From Octopus sinensis (lineage: Eukaryota): DNA of 64,000 nt. Positions 25,031-37,281 of the stretch are shown here, piece by piece. The stretch lies in assembly GCF_006345805.1 (NCBI RefSeq), contig NC_043011.1:12784464-12848463 (forward strand), written 5' to 3'. The stretch's first letter is position 1; the number at the start of each line of letters is the position of its first letter. Position numbers and translations under genes: made by a program. The notes under the pieces are model-generated. The model was not told the DNA's origin, searched no databases, and worked only from the letters and a program-made list of their open reading frames with translations.

Positions 25031-26878
25031 CTGTATAGAAGCATGTGCAATGGCATGCTAGTGAGTGTGCTGCCCAGGGTAGCCCTTGAGCCTTCCATCC
25101 TAGTGTGGCTTATACAAGCTTATATAGGTTTATACAGCTGACCCCAAAATGCAGTCTCAATAAAAGCACTGCCTGAAGCAGACAGTCTCCTCTTTCGCCC
25201 ACCCCACTCCAAGCAAAGTTACTTCATATGTGTAAATCCAACACATTTTAATAAGTCATTTTATAAGTCTAGAACTAGGGTCATTGAGCTGTAGTATTTC
25301 ATATTTTCTAATGTTTCCAGTGAATATTTCATTACAAAGTACAACGCCTCTAATTCCTTTGTGGTCACCAATACAATATGCTTTTGAGGTATCAGCATTT
25401 TAAGGAAAAGTCAAATTGAATTATATAGTTCAAAGCATACCACCAAAAAGACTAGATTTTCACAACTGGAATATTTTTGATTATAGGTCTACCTGAATAT
25501 GAGTTGACCTAATGCTAACAGCAACAACAACTAATACAATAAGACAGTGTTTCTCACAAATGGTATTAAATTCCCAAAGTGAACAGCAAACTACAGAACA
25601 ATGAATCCTTTGCAAAGCTGTTTAGAGAACTCTATTAGTATAAATGTCATATTTTAAAGCAGTACATTTGAACTATATTAAAGACAATTATCCCTGAATC
25701 AATATATATGATGAGTATTTGCCCACTTTATTGTCATTTGTAAATATATTCAGAAAAAGTTATGTCAATTATTTTATTAGCAATGTTTTGATGAAAAACT
25801 GACATTTTGTTATATTCTCAGGATTGTAGAAATTAAGCAATCTCAATGGCTAAAAAAGAAACTACGGGTTATGGAATATATTTCAGATAAACAAAACTAT
25901 AAGAAAACACATGTAAACTTATTATTTCATTTTAAAGGTGAACTATGTTTATACATAAGTATTAATTTCCCTCCATCCTATGTGATGATTTAAGGCTAGT
26001 GGTAAACAACATGTGTTTTGCCAGTGGGAAATATAATCACATGTCTCACTTGTGGACTGAAAGTAAATATTTTTGTTTGTTTATTTCAAGGAGGATCTCC
26101 CCTCCTTCATATAGGTTTACATCCTGTTAGCAATGTCATACCATATTTTTAACATTTTTACTATTATTGTTGTAGTTGTGGTGGATGTTGTAGTGTTGTG
26201 ATGTTGCAGTGGGTGTTTTAGTCTGGTTACTTACTATTGTGGTATGGTTTATGTAATGGTGTGGTTTGTGTTGTGGATTTTGTGGTGTTGGGATGTTGTG
26301 GCGCAGTGAGAGTTATGTGGTTGTGAGTGTTATAGTTTTGTGGTGTTGGGGGAAATCATGATTGCTGTAGATTCACACATCATTTCTTCAGATAAATCTG
26401 TGGTTTCATTCACAAAACACTTAAACATTTCTGTTATATTTTCTATTTTCTGTCAAGTAAACAAGTAACTCCAGTGGTTTTCAATTATGTTATCTTAAAA
26501 CTTTCTACATGAAACATATATAAACAATAAAATTTAGATATTAGCAAGCATTTTTATTACATTCAAATAACAACCAGCATTTCCTACATCTTTGTAATAG
26601 CAAATGTTAATGCTCTGTTGATTTATTTTTTGTTGTTTGTGATATATATATATATATATTAGAAATATTGTATTTCTAAATGTCTCAAAGAGACATGAGC
26701 GGTGGTGGAGCGATAGTGGTTGTATACTGTCAACTTAACGTGACAGTCATGTAAGGGAATTACACTACCGCTATTTAGCCCTAGGAAGCATCGATGCTTC
26801 CTGTTGGCCTTGACACATTTCCTGTGTCCTTATATATTTACGAAGGGGAGACAAGCACCCCCAACAGCTAAGCCTGCA

Positions 26879-26924
26879 TCTAGCGACATGCATGTTTCTG
26901 GGTCTTGCCCGTCATCAGTCTAGA
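26879..26924 (-). ncRNA. Type I hammerhead motif with GUC site (slightly decayed)
   Basis: TCTAGA-CTGATGA-CGGG-CAAGA-CCCA-GAAAC-ATGCAT-GTC^GCTAGA. 10-nt palindrome ACATGCATGT, junction mismatches in stems I and II. Confidence 0.65.
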
Positions 26925-27416
26925 GTAGCAAGGCCTGCTAACTGAAGATACCTGCCTAGACTTCGTAAATATATATTGAAACTAAACAGATATATATATA
27001 TATATCTGTTTAGTTTCAGTTGGGCAAAAACCTCAGAATGCATTCATAAAAAGTACCTATGTTTCTCTTTGCCAGCTACCTTCTGTTAATTCTATCTCCA
27101 AGGGTAATTTGATGATATGGTTACACATGTGGAATTCCTTTCAGCTTAGGATAACTATAATAACAATGATAAATTGCAGACGAAAATTCATAGGCTTTAT
27201 TAAAGCACCACAACATATGTTTCTGTACCCCTCATGTTCATTAGGTTACAAAATATGTGACACCTGAAGAAGCACCCACATTGAAACGGAGTTGAGAAAA
27301 AATTTCAGATTCATAAATATTAAGAACAATCTTAAGTAATATCCTTATTTATAGAATATGGAAATTTGTTACCTACTGTGATGCATTAATAAAACCACAA
27401 GTTACCATTGTTATTT

Positions 27417-27451
<35 letters not shown>

Positions 27452-27458
<7 letters not shown>

Positions 27459-27876
27459 GAATTAGAGATAAAACCACTATGATGCAACTCAAACAGTGAT
27501 AGACATAAACCTATACATAAATAACAAATAATACATATATAATTAATATAATATAATATATATATATATATATACACATATATATCAAATGAAATAAAAC
27601 AGAACACAAAGGATGTCGCGGTATAATTGTACCTGTTGATAAAACCGGCAATTGGTATAAATTAGACTACAATAATTACAAATTACTAACCATGAAGGAA
27701 CTACATAAAAAATATAAGATCACATCTACTGAAAACCTAAAGGAAATTAACCGAAAAATAAAGGAAGCCGTGACATCCTTTGTGTTCTGTTTTATTTCAT
27801 TTGATACATATACCCTCTCACCTCTGCTACTAGCTGACATATACAGGTGCTTACACTTATCAAGTATTCACCCTGA

Positions 27877-27918
<42 letters not shown>

Positions 27919-28159
27919 TAATACAAAAAGTATAAAATGAATGATAAATATAATATAATAAGTATAATAAGTAAATATATTATATATTATATTAATTATA
28001 TATATTATTTGTTATTTATGTATTGGTTTATGTTTATCACTGTTTGAGTTGCATCACAATGGTTTTATCTCTAATTCATATTTTATATATTTATACTGTG
28101 AAATTTGATTTAATACTAAATTGAATTTTTCCCTGTAAGTTTGGAGTTATACTCCCTAA

Positions 28160-28170
<11 letters not shown>
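27452..28170. mobile_element. Penelope-like composite: nested inverted repeats around an RT fragment
   Basis: Outer ~105-bp arms (~27452-27560/27980-28088) and inner 37-bp arms (~27585-27621/27768-27804). These enclose plus-strand IIVPVDKTGNWYKLDYNNYKLL..KYK..LKEIN (27623-27770), resembling the PLE PADKT region. Confidence 0.7.
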
Positions 28171-28234
<64 letters not shown>

Positions 28235-30144
28235 GCCACACCTCAACACTTGCTTCACTCATTATCTGTGACTTTTTAGTAAAACACAAAGTTACTCTCA
28301 TCTCCCAGCAGCCCTAATCTCTGGATTTGGCCTCTGCAGACTCTCTTACAAAAATAAGCTTCTTGTTTGTTAGTAAATACGTGGGGATAAGAATAAAGTG
28401 TCACTAGTATACAGTTTAAAGCACTAACTGCAAATATCGTATCACCACAGTTACACTGTCCATTGTATGTACTTTCAACTTTCAATGGCCCATGTAAGCA
28501 GTAAACAGTAGAACTAATTTCTCTTTCTATCACTGCTTTTTTTTTTCCTTCCTCTTCACAAGCTGTCTCTCCTGAGACTCGAATGAGAAACGATAAAGAT
28601 CACTAGGTAACAAGAAACCAATCCAATTGTGAAATTCAAACTGGAATATACGTTACGCTAAATAAAGACTACTAGTTACAACATAAGGAATCGGAGATGT
28701 AAAGTTCTTGAATACATGATTTGATGTAATGTATCTGTGTGTGTGTGAGTGCGTGTGTGTTTTGAAAGTATTCTGAACCTCAATGAAGCTAACCAGTAAT
28801 TGAAATTGTCTCACAGCTATGTTCCTATCAAAAATCTATCTCAAGTATCATATAATATATAAAAATCTCAACCAAACTCTACAAATAATTTGAAATGTAT
28901 ATTTTCACTCTCTAACCTTTATATTAAATAACAAAAGGAATTAAAACTAAATTTCAAGCAGAGATTTTATTTCAATGACAATTTAACGTAATGTAATGCA
29001 GAGCTTTAATAGTATGAAAAACAGAATGTACTTTGACACAGTGACCTTGTAACTGTATATATGTTAGCATGTTTAATGTAGCCTCAGCCCTATCGAAATA
29101 TCAGTGCTTCTAGTGTGTTTTCATGCTATGTTGCTTACTGTTAACTGCAGGAAAAAAGAAAAACATTACACAGAAATGCATACAAATAATACTTACATAA
29201 GGAACTATTTGTGTGCTTCTGAACATCGTTACACTCCATAATTAAATTTTTTTTTTATTTCAGATTACTGTAATTATGGCCAGTGGGGCTGATTCCTATT
29301 TCCCACTAAGAATATTTCAAGTAACACTTAGATCCAAAATTAAATCTCTGACACACGGGCTATAAATTCAACATTTAACGACCGAATATCATAAAACAAA
29401 AGCCTAAGAATATAAAATGAAGTAAATCTCAGTTTCTGTGATCTTCTAATACAGAAATTTAAAAAAAAAAAAAAAGTAAACCAGTTAGGTCACGGAGAAC
29501 GGAACTTACAATAATTAGCTAACATTACAATGGTCATTTCAACTGTCTATAATTAATGAAGTTTTAAGTTGTCTGAGCTGTGCTGTAAATTTCAATTTGC
29601 TTTGTTAAAGATAATGTTGTGCACCTATATAGAAGTATTCCTTCACTGGAAAATCAGTAATAAACATGTTCTAGTTAGTCTGGCAGAACTATCTTTTTGC
29701 TAGTCCTCCACTATCTCTATAGTTGTCTGTACAACTGAAACCATCAATAGATCTTCAATTACATCAAGAGCACATCTCTTACTCCATTTCTCTCTCTCCC
29801 TCTGAAAGCATTGTCATCATGACTCCAATGCTCACAATTTTTTATGGACAGGAGTTGAATTTCATTATACATGGTTGATAAGAATAAGGCTATAATACAT
29901 ATGAGACAAGACCATGGATATCATCTTTCAGGGATCAATTTAAAAAATCACCAGCCAGGTACTGGATGGACAAAATTGTTTATAACCCCACCTTATCCGA
30001 ATTTAAAGCTTTGATAGAAATTATTTTTATTATAGAAAGCATTTAGTCATCTTTCAACAGCAATAAGAGATGAAGGAATGACACAGTCAAACACATTTGA
30101 GCAAAGTTCAATATTTTATGGAAAGGATTCTGTTAGCAATATAT

Positions 30145-30661
30145 TGTGACCTCCTTCGGTCATGACTGACCGTGGAATTGCACCTAGAAAGTTACCCTCT
30201 GAGGCACAAGTCTGGGCAAGGTTGTTTATGGAAGACCAGCAGTCGCCCACACATACCAGCCTCCTCTCTCCACGCCACCAATGTTATCCAAGGGAAAGGC
30301 AAAGGCAAAGGGGCCAATACAGCTTGGCACCAGTGACGTCACAGCTCATTTATTAACGTGCAAGTGGCTGAGCACTCCACAGACATGCGTACCCTTAACG
30401 TAGTTCTCGAGGAGATTCAGCATGACACAGAGTGTGACAAGGCTGGCCCTTTTGAAATACAGGTACCACAGAAACAGGAAGAAAGAGTGAGAGAAAATTG
30501 TGGTGAAAGAGTACAGCAGGATTCACCCACCCCCCTGCCAGAGCCTCGTGGATTTTAAGTGTTTTCGCTCAATAAACACTCACAATGCCCGGTCTGGGAA
30601 TCGAAACCGTGATCCTACGACCGCGAGTCCGCTGTCCTAACCACTGGGCCATTGCGTCTCC
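30145..30661 (-). mobile_element. Chimeric SINE (family C head plus family D tail) with 11-bp TSD
   Basis: TSD TAGCAATATAT at 30134-30144 and 30662-30672. Tail shared with 47600-47750. Confidence 0.8.
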
Positions 30662-31974
30662 TAGCAATATATATAGTACCAACATTAAGTAGTAGTGCAC
30701 TCAAAGACAATTTTAATATAACAACTAACACTGACAAGAAAGTATATACTATGTTATAATTATAGTTAAAAGAAAACAGCATTTACTAACATAAATATTT
30801 ACAAATTTAAAGTCATTATGACATGAGAGTCCACAATGGAAATATTAAGGTTAAAGTCTATCTTCATTGAACAAAAATTAATTTAACCAACTTTTTTTAG
30901 TCCACCATCACTGCTCTACTATGAGTTATTGTTTTTGTTGTGAGAATAAATGAAGCCTTTATATGTTTAAGAGTGGGACAACAGTGAATTTGTAATGTTT
31001 AAATTTTTCCTAATGGCATTAGCTGCATTGAGTGAATTAACTGGCTTTTCTTGAAGACTGGCCTTTGATAAAACTTTTTCCTTTTCCATGTCTATGTTTA
31101 CCACAATTCGTATGAAAATGTATAAACAAATAAGTGAAGTTAAAATACACACTGTAAAGAAATGAATCGTTTTATACATAGACAGCATGTCAGCATACAA
31201 CTATATAGTTACTAAATTCTTTAGATGACAAATAAGATATCCCTTTGCCTGGAATGAGGAGTGAGATTTTCACCCAAATTCAAATTTGAAACTACTTCCT
31301 AATGAAATCACTAAAACACCATATGAAGAGAACAGTTGAAGCTTTAAGACCAAATAATAATTTAGCATCAATCACATCCCCAGGAATTCATAAAATTAAA
31401 GATGCATTATCTTTCTCAGACTAGATGAATCTCTGCAGTTTTATGCACTTGATAATTTCTCTGGAGCTAAAAAGTGAAAAAGGATACCCCAGTTCTGACC
31501 TCAGTAATAAACAATTAAACATGGCAAAATCTGAAACTTATTTACCCTTTTACAAATCAAATCTAATATTTGAATTAAATAGTTCAAGACTTTTCAAATA
31601 AAGTAGTGTCAGACTCATTTATTTATAAAGCTCTAACTTTATCATTAAAAACACTTCAATAAGCACACATTCATGGCAACATATGTCTACATATAATGAA
31701 GGCATTCAACCAGAAGTATGTATTAGTCCATTACTAGTTGAATGCCCGAACAGAAAAGTTGAATAGTTTGATTAATGTCACATTTGATTTGGACAATAAC
31801 AAAAGTATTAATAAAAACGTTAAATGATTGATTGTATACATCTTTACATCTCGGAGTCCACTTCAGATTTTCCCTTAAACATAAAGGACAGAAAAGGAAA
31901 CCACTCATTTGTATTGGTCCCAGTATTACAACATGTAGGGACCACAACAATTCAATGGGTTATTGAACTTTCTT

Positions 31975-32378
31975 TACTCTTTTAATTGTTTCAGTCATGT
32001 GACTGTGGCCATGCTGGGGCACCACCTTTAGTCGAGCAAATCGAACCCCAGGACTTATTCTTTGTAAGCCTAGTACTTATTCTATCGGGCTCTTTTGCCG
32101 AACTGCTAAGTTACCAGGACATAAACACACCACCATCGGTTGTCAAGCGATGTTGGGGGGACAAACACAGACACGCAAACATGTACACACACATACATAC
32201 ATACATATATATATATGACGGGCTTCTTTCAGTTTCTGTCTACCAAATCCACTCACAAGGCTTTGATCAGCCCAAGACTATAGTAGAAGACACTTACCCA
32301 TGGTGCCACGCAGTGGGACTGAACCCAGAACCATGTGGTTCATAAGCAAACTACTTACCACACAGCCACTCCTACACC
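31975..32378 (-). mobile_element. Full-length SINE family A
   Basis: Head, internal microsatellite and TGACTGAAAC tail all present. Confidence 0.9.
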
Positions 32379-32419
32379 TAAGCACTATATTTTAAAAATA
32401 ACAGCTTAATATTATTTAT

Positions 32420-33012
32420 TTAGTGTTATATATATATAACCCGGCAAGACCAGTGAAGCCATAACCCGTGGACCCTACCTAGGACGTAGTCAGTCCACCT
32501 GTGCATACCTTCCTTCTTGTGACACTTGTGAAGATCTGTTGAGGCAAGTGAAAATCAAATCAATCAAATCAAATCAAATTAAACCAAATCAAAATAGATG
32601 AACATCAATGGAATTTGTATCCTTGTGGTACCAGTGCCGGTGGCACATAAGAAAACCATCCGAACGTGACCGTAGCCAGTACTGCATCGACTGGCCTCCG
32701 TGCTGAGGGCACGTAACAAACACCATCCGAGCGTGGCCGTGCGCCAGCCTTGTCTGGCACCTGTGTCGGTGGCACATAAAAACACCATCCGAGCGTGGCC
32801 ATCTGCCAGCCTCGTCTGGCACCTGTGTCGGTGGCACATAAAATCACCCACTACACTCTCGGAGTGGTTGGCGTTAGGAAGGGCATCCAGCTGTAGAAAC
32901 ACTGCCAGATCTGACTGGCCTGGTGCAGCCTTCGAGCTTGCCAGACCCCAGTTGAAGCATCCAACCCATGCTAGCATGGAAAGCGGACGTTAAACGATGA
33001 TGATGATGATGA

Positions 33013-33015
<3 letters not shown>
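32420..33015 (+). mobile_element. RTE-type 3' region with ~62-66 bp tandem units and (GAT)n tail
   Basis: Three to four units of GTG(C/T)CGGTGGCACATAA..ACCATCCGAGCGTGGCC. Ends GGACGTTAAACGATGATGATG. Confidence 0.7.
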
Positions 33016-33049
<34 letters not shown>

Positions 33050-33187
33050 CTTATGTGTATATGTGTGTGTATATATTTGTGATGTTATTGGTAAAACATG
33101 TTCTTTGTCTATCTCCTTATCCTCTTGGAGATTTGGGGTAAAATTATGCTAATGTGTCCTTCAAATTTAATTAAATTCTATGTTTTT

Positions 33188-33276
33188 ATGCAGCTGAGGA
33201 TTGCTCTGCATTTTAAATTGATGTAATGATTGCATTGTTCAATTAAATGGAGTTGTATGAAATGGTCGTACCGCAT
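33188..33276 (+). ncRNA. Degenerate hammerhead motif
   Basis: ATGCAG-CTGAGGA-...-GAAAT-GGTC-GTA-CCGCAT. Stem I 5/6, weak stem II. Confidence 0.5.
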
Positions 33277-33449
33277 TACCTCTGGATATCATTGTTGCTT
33301 ATTTTGATTTATATATATATATATATACATATATGCATCAACCACTCTAGCTCTGTTCACAGTATTTCAGTTGAAAAAGCTTACTGAAACAAGTAAAAGA
33401 GTAGAAGAGACATATATATATATATATATACTTATATAAATACATTAGA

Positions 33450-33734
33450 TGCTATGAGCGGTTCCCCTGAAGGAAGAGAGTATAGTTGTTTTAGTATAGA
33501 CTTTCTTCCAAAATGCATCAGCTCAAATTTTCCCTCCTTCAGTTGCATTTTGTTTTCGTCTGCCCATTGACTCACAGCATATGGATCAGACTGGAATTGA
33601 GTTGGTCTTCTTCTTCATTGATGATTTACTGGAGCTTAGCGCCATCAGCAAATATTTTCACTTTGCAGTGATTTATGATGCTGGAAAAGTTATTTATGTA
33701 AATTATAAAGAGGAGCGGGCCCAAGACAGTCCCC
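33450..33734 (-). mobile_element. CR1/L2-group RT fragment
   Basis: GTVLGPLLFIIYINNF..VKIFADGAKL. Confidence 0.8.
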
Positions 33735-34172
33735 TTTTACTTGTTTCAGTCATCTGACTGCGGCCATGCTGGTGCACTGTCTTTAGTCCAGCAAACTGAC
33801 CCCAGGACTTATTCTTTTTTAGCCTAGTACTTATTCCAGCAGTCTCTTTTGCCAAAGTGCTAAGTTACAGGGATGTAAACACACCAGCACCGGTTGCCAA
33901 GCAAGGAATACTGGAGGAGGGGCAAACACAGACACAAACACATACACACACATATATATGTTTGTTCCTTCTTGAGCCATGCCTGGCTCATAAGAGCCGG
34001 TTTCCCAATTTCCTTGGCGTATAGGTTTCCCACTGGATAGAACCCTGGTCCGTTGCAGGTGAGCTGCAAGATGCAGGAGGAAAGAGTGATAACACATACA
34101 TCGCCTGGTCTGAGATTTGAACCTGCAATCCCTCAACCTGCTCTAACCATGAGGCCATGTGCCTCCACACAC

Positions 34173-34221
<49 letters not shown>

Positions 34222-34295
34222 TACATGTATACACGATGGGCTTCTTTCAGCTTCCATCTTCTAATTCCACTCACAAGGCTTTGGTCAGCCTGATG
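33735..34295 (-). mobile_element. Nested SINE cluster (family A split by family C)
   Basis: A tail 33735-33900, C element ~33960-34170, A head fragment ~34235-34295. Confidence 0.75.
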
Positions 34296-34461
34296 CTATA
34301 TTAGAACACACTGCCATACCAGTGAATTAGATGTTTTACACCCCTTTGAAGGAATCGTTTTTTACCTTTGTTTGTTTTTGTTATATTATAAAACCCGTAT
34401 TTTTCCCAAATTTCTCAAACCTGCTATAATGTAATACATGTCTTTGGTGTGGTAATTGTAT

Positions 34462-34548
34462 GCGGCTGAAGAAGGCTATTGACATACATGTTACATCAAT
34501 TATGCATTGATATAAACTGTCCAATAAAACCAGAAACATATGTACCGC
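34462..34548 (+). ncRNA. Type I hammerhead motif with branched long stem II
   Basis: GCGG-CTGAAGA-AGGCTATTGACA...TGTCCAATAAAACCA-GAAAC-ATAT-GTA^CCGC. Perfect 4-bp stem I, palindromic ACATATGT. Confidence 0.7.
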
Positions 34549-35595
34549 TAAATCCTTTGCATCCTGTTTTTCTTTTGATAAATATATATATATATATATG
34601 CACACAAACACACTGGTAAAATATATATGTATACACACATACTGAGGAACATGATTAAAACTAAATCCCTTAGAATGCTAGGTCTGGATGTAAAACCGTT
34701 TTATTAGGCACCAAGGTGTCCTTGGAAAATGACAAAACACATTTTGTTGGATGTATCACTGGAGCTGGCTCCACAGATAAAAAAAAAAAAGAAACCAGCG
34801 CATTCTGTAACATGACTGGCATTAAAAATGAAATAGTTGGTTATATTTTGGTCAAGCGAATTTATCATACAAGATGTAAAACTCATATTTTTGGCAGTGA
34901 TGTTTTGTCATCACCTGCTCATTGTAAATTGCTGACAGACAGAAGACAGAAATATAAAAGGAATATTAGACGAAGATGATTTTTTTCATTTAGATAATTA
35001 AAAATGGTACTTGTAGGTAACACAGTCAATAAATAATGTAAGACATATATCAGGTGAAGGTTATGTATATTGGAGAAGGTTATATAATGTGTGAGTGTGT
35101 ATGTTTGTGCTTCTTCATCTTGAGATAGCTTGTAAATGACTGTTACCATCATACAAATATTGTCCTTTATTTCCAATCTTCCACGTAAACATGTCCAATC
35201 ATGGAGAAATATACTTCATTTGGAAACAAGTGAGGGTTAACAACAGGAAGAGCATCAAGTTGTAGGAATCTAAAAAAAATGTCTTCATTGAAGCATAGAA
35301 AAGTGGACATTGCAACAAATACGATGATGAAGATGATAGACATGTGTGTGTGTGTGTGTGTGTGTGTGTTTGTGTGTGCATGAGTGTACACCACTAATCA
35401 TCCGGTTAGTAGAAGTAAACACTTCAAAATATTTTGAAAGAAGTACACCTACTCTTCTCCCCCAACACACATTCTCTCCTTTTTATCTTCCTCACTTCTT
35501 AATACAAACAATAAAATAGTTTTCAAATGGATGATTACATCAATATAGAATAACTTGTATAATTGGAGCAACTGAAATTATGCTTCTTATATATC

Positions 35596-36068
35596 TATTT
35601 CTTTACTACCCACAAGGGGCTAAACACAGAGGGGACAAACAAGGACAGACAAACGGATTAAGTCGATTATATCGATCCCAGTGCGTAACTGCTACTTAAT
35701 TTATCGACCCCGAAAGGATGAAAGGCAAAGTTGACCTCGGCAGAATTTGAACTCAGAACGTAAAGACAGACGAAATACCTTGGGCAAGTGTCTTCTACTA
35801 TAGCCTCGGGCTAACCAAAGCCTTGTGAGTGGATTTGGTAGACGGAAACTGAAAGAAGCCCGTCGTATATATGTATATATATATATATGTTTGTGTGTGT
35901 GTTTGTCCCCGATGGTGGTGTGTTTACGCCCCCGTAACTTAGCGGTTCGGCAAAAGAGACCGATAGAATAAGTACTAGGCTTACTAAGAATAAGTTCTGG
36001 GGTCGATTTGGTCGACTAAAGGCAGTGCTCCAGCATGGCCACAGTCAAATGACTGAAACAAGTAAAAG
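35596..36068. mobile_element. Head-to-head truncated SINE B (-) and SINE A (+)
   Basis: Diagnostic blocks, junction at ~35779. Confidence 0.8.
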
Positions 36069-36141
36069 AGTATTAGTGTAATGCTCTAAATACATGAATT
36101 GGCGCTTTTCTGTCCGTGAAAGTAATCGTAAAGGTCGTGCT

Positions 36142-37281
36142 ATGTTGGCTGACAGGTTAAAAAAGTATCCGACTTTATTTTTCCCACAAAACTAATGTCA
36201 CGTGGCAAAATCCTTTGGGTGGGAGGTACACCACCCATCCTACGCATGCGTGAAAGTTTTCACGCCTGTAGGCCACGCAGTTCCTGGCTGTTATGCCTAG
36301 AGTACACCCATGTAGTGCGTGCTCGTCTGATTTTCGTCTTCACCGAACACATCGAGCAGTGATATTGCATCAAGTTTTGCCAAAAGCTTGATAATTCTCA
36401 AGCTCAAACCACCCAAAAAATTTAGCAGGCTTTTGGCGATGGCTGCGCCTCGGTGGAGAGTGAGGCACACCATTTACAAGTGGAAACAAGGAGCCAATTG
36501 AGAAGGTTTGGTGAATAGTCATGGGAGACTGTCGTGTAACAATCCAGGCAATTATTCACAACGAAGTGGGAATAAGCACAGGATCTGCGTTTTTCATTTT
36601 AATGAAGGATTTGTGCATGGAAAGAGTGTCAATGAAAGGTGCTGGCAGAGCAGCAGAACCAACTCCTTCCTTCTCGGGCCATTCCTGGCTCAAATGGGCC
36701 GGTTTCCCGGTTTCTTGGCGTAGAGGTTCCCCACCTGGACGGGAAGATGCAGGAGGAAAGAGCGAGAGAAAGTTGTGGCGAAACAGTCAGCAGAAGTTTC
36801 GCCATTACCTTCTGCCGGAGCCACGTGGAGCTTAGGTGTTTCGCTCATAAACACACACATCGCCCGGTCTGAGATTCGAACCCGCGATCCCTCGACCGCG
36901 AGTCGGCTGCTCTAACCACTAGGCCATGTGCCTCCACTAGAACCAACTCCATATAATAATCGCTCAGGATATGCTGGACTGTGCAAACCGCAATACAGAC
37001 TTCATGAAGACCATCATCATTGATGATGAGACATGGGTTTATTGTCTCTCTGCTCGATGCATTTGGTCATCTTGCATGAAAACGAAAATCCAACGAGCAT
37101 GCACAATACATCTGTACTCTAGGCATAGCACACGGGAACTGATGTGGCCTACCAGCACGAAAATTGTCATGCATGCACAGGAAGGGTGGCATTACTTCCT
37201 ACTCAAAGGATTTTGCCCGAGCAGCATTAGTTTTGGTGGGAAAAATACGGTCGGAAATTTCTTGAACGCAGTTCGGACACA
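36142..37281 (+). mobile_element. Decayed, deleted mariner element
   Basis: TIR-like AAAAAGTATCCGACTTTATTTTTCCCACAAAACTAATG / CATTAGTTTTGGTGGGAAAAATACGGTCGGAAATTT. Peptides IEQ*YCIKFCQKL, RVTIQAI..EVGISTGSA, FMKTIIIDDETWVY. Confidence 0.85.
36667..36938 (-). mobile_element. SINE family C inserted in the mariner ORF, 12-bp TSD
   Basis: TSD AGAACCAACTCC at 36655-36666 and 36939-36950. Confidence 0.92.

Noticed and set aside
27264-27290. CTGAAGA...GAAAC spacing suggestive of an HHR
   Set aside because: No stem II pairing and no NUH/stem I.
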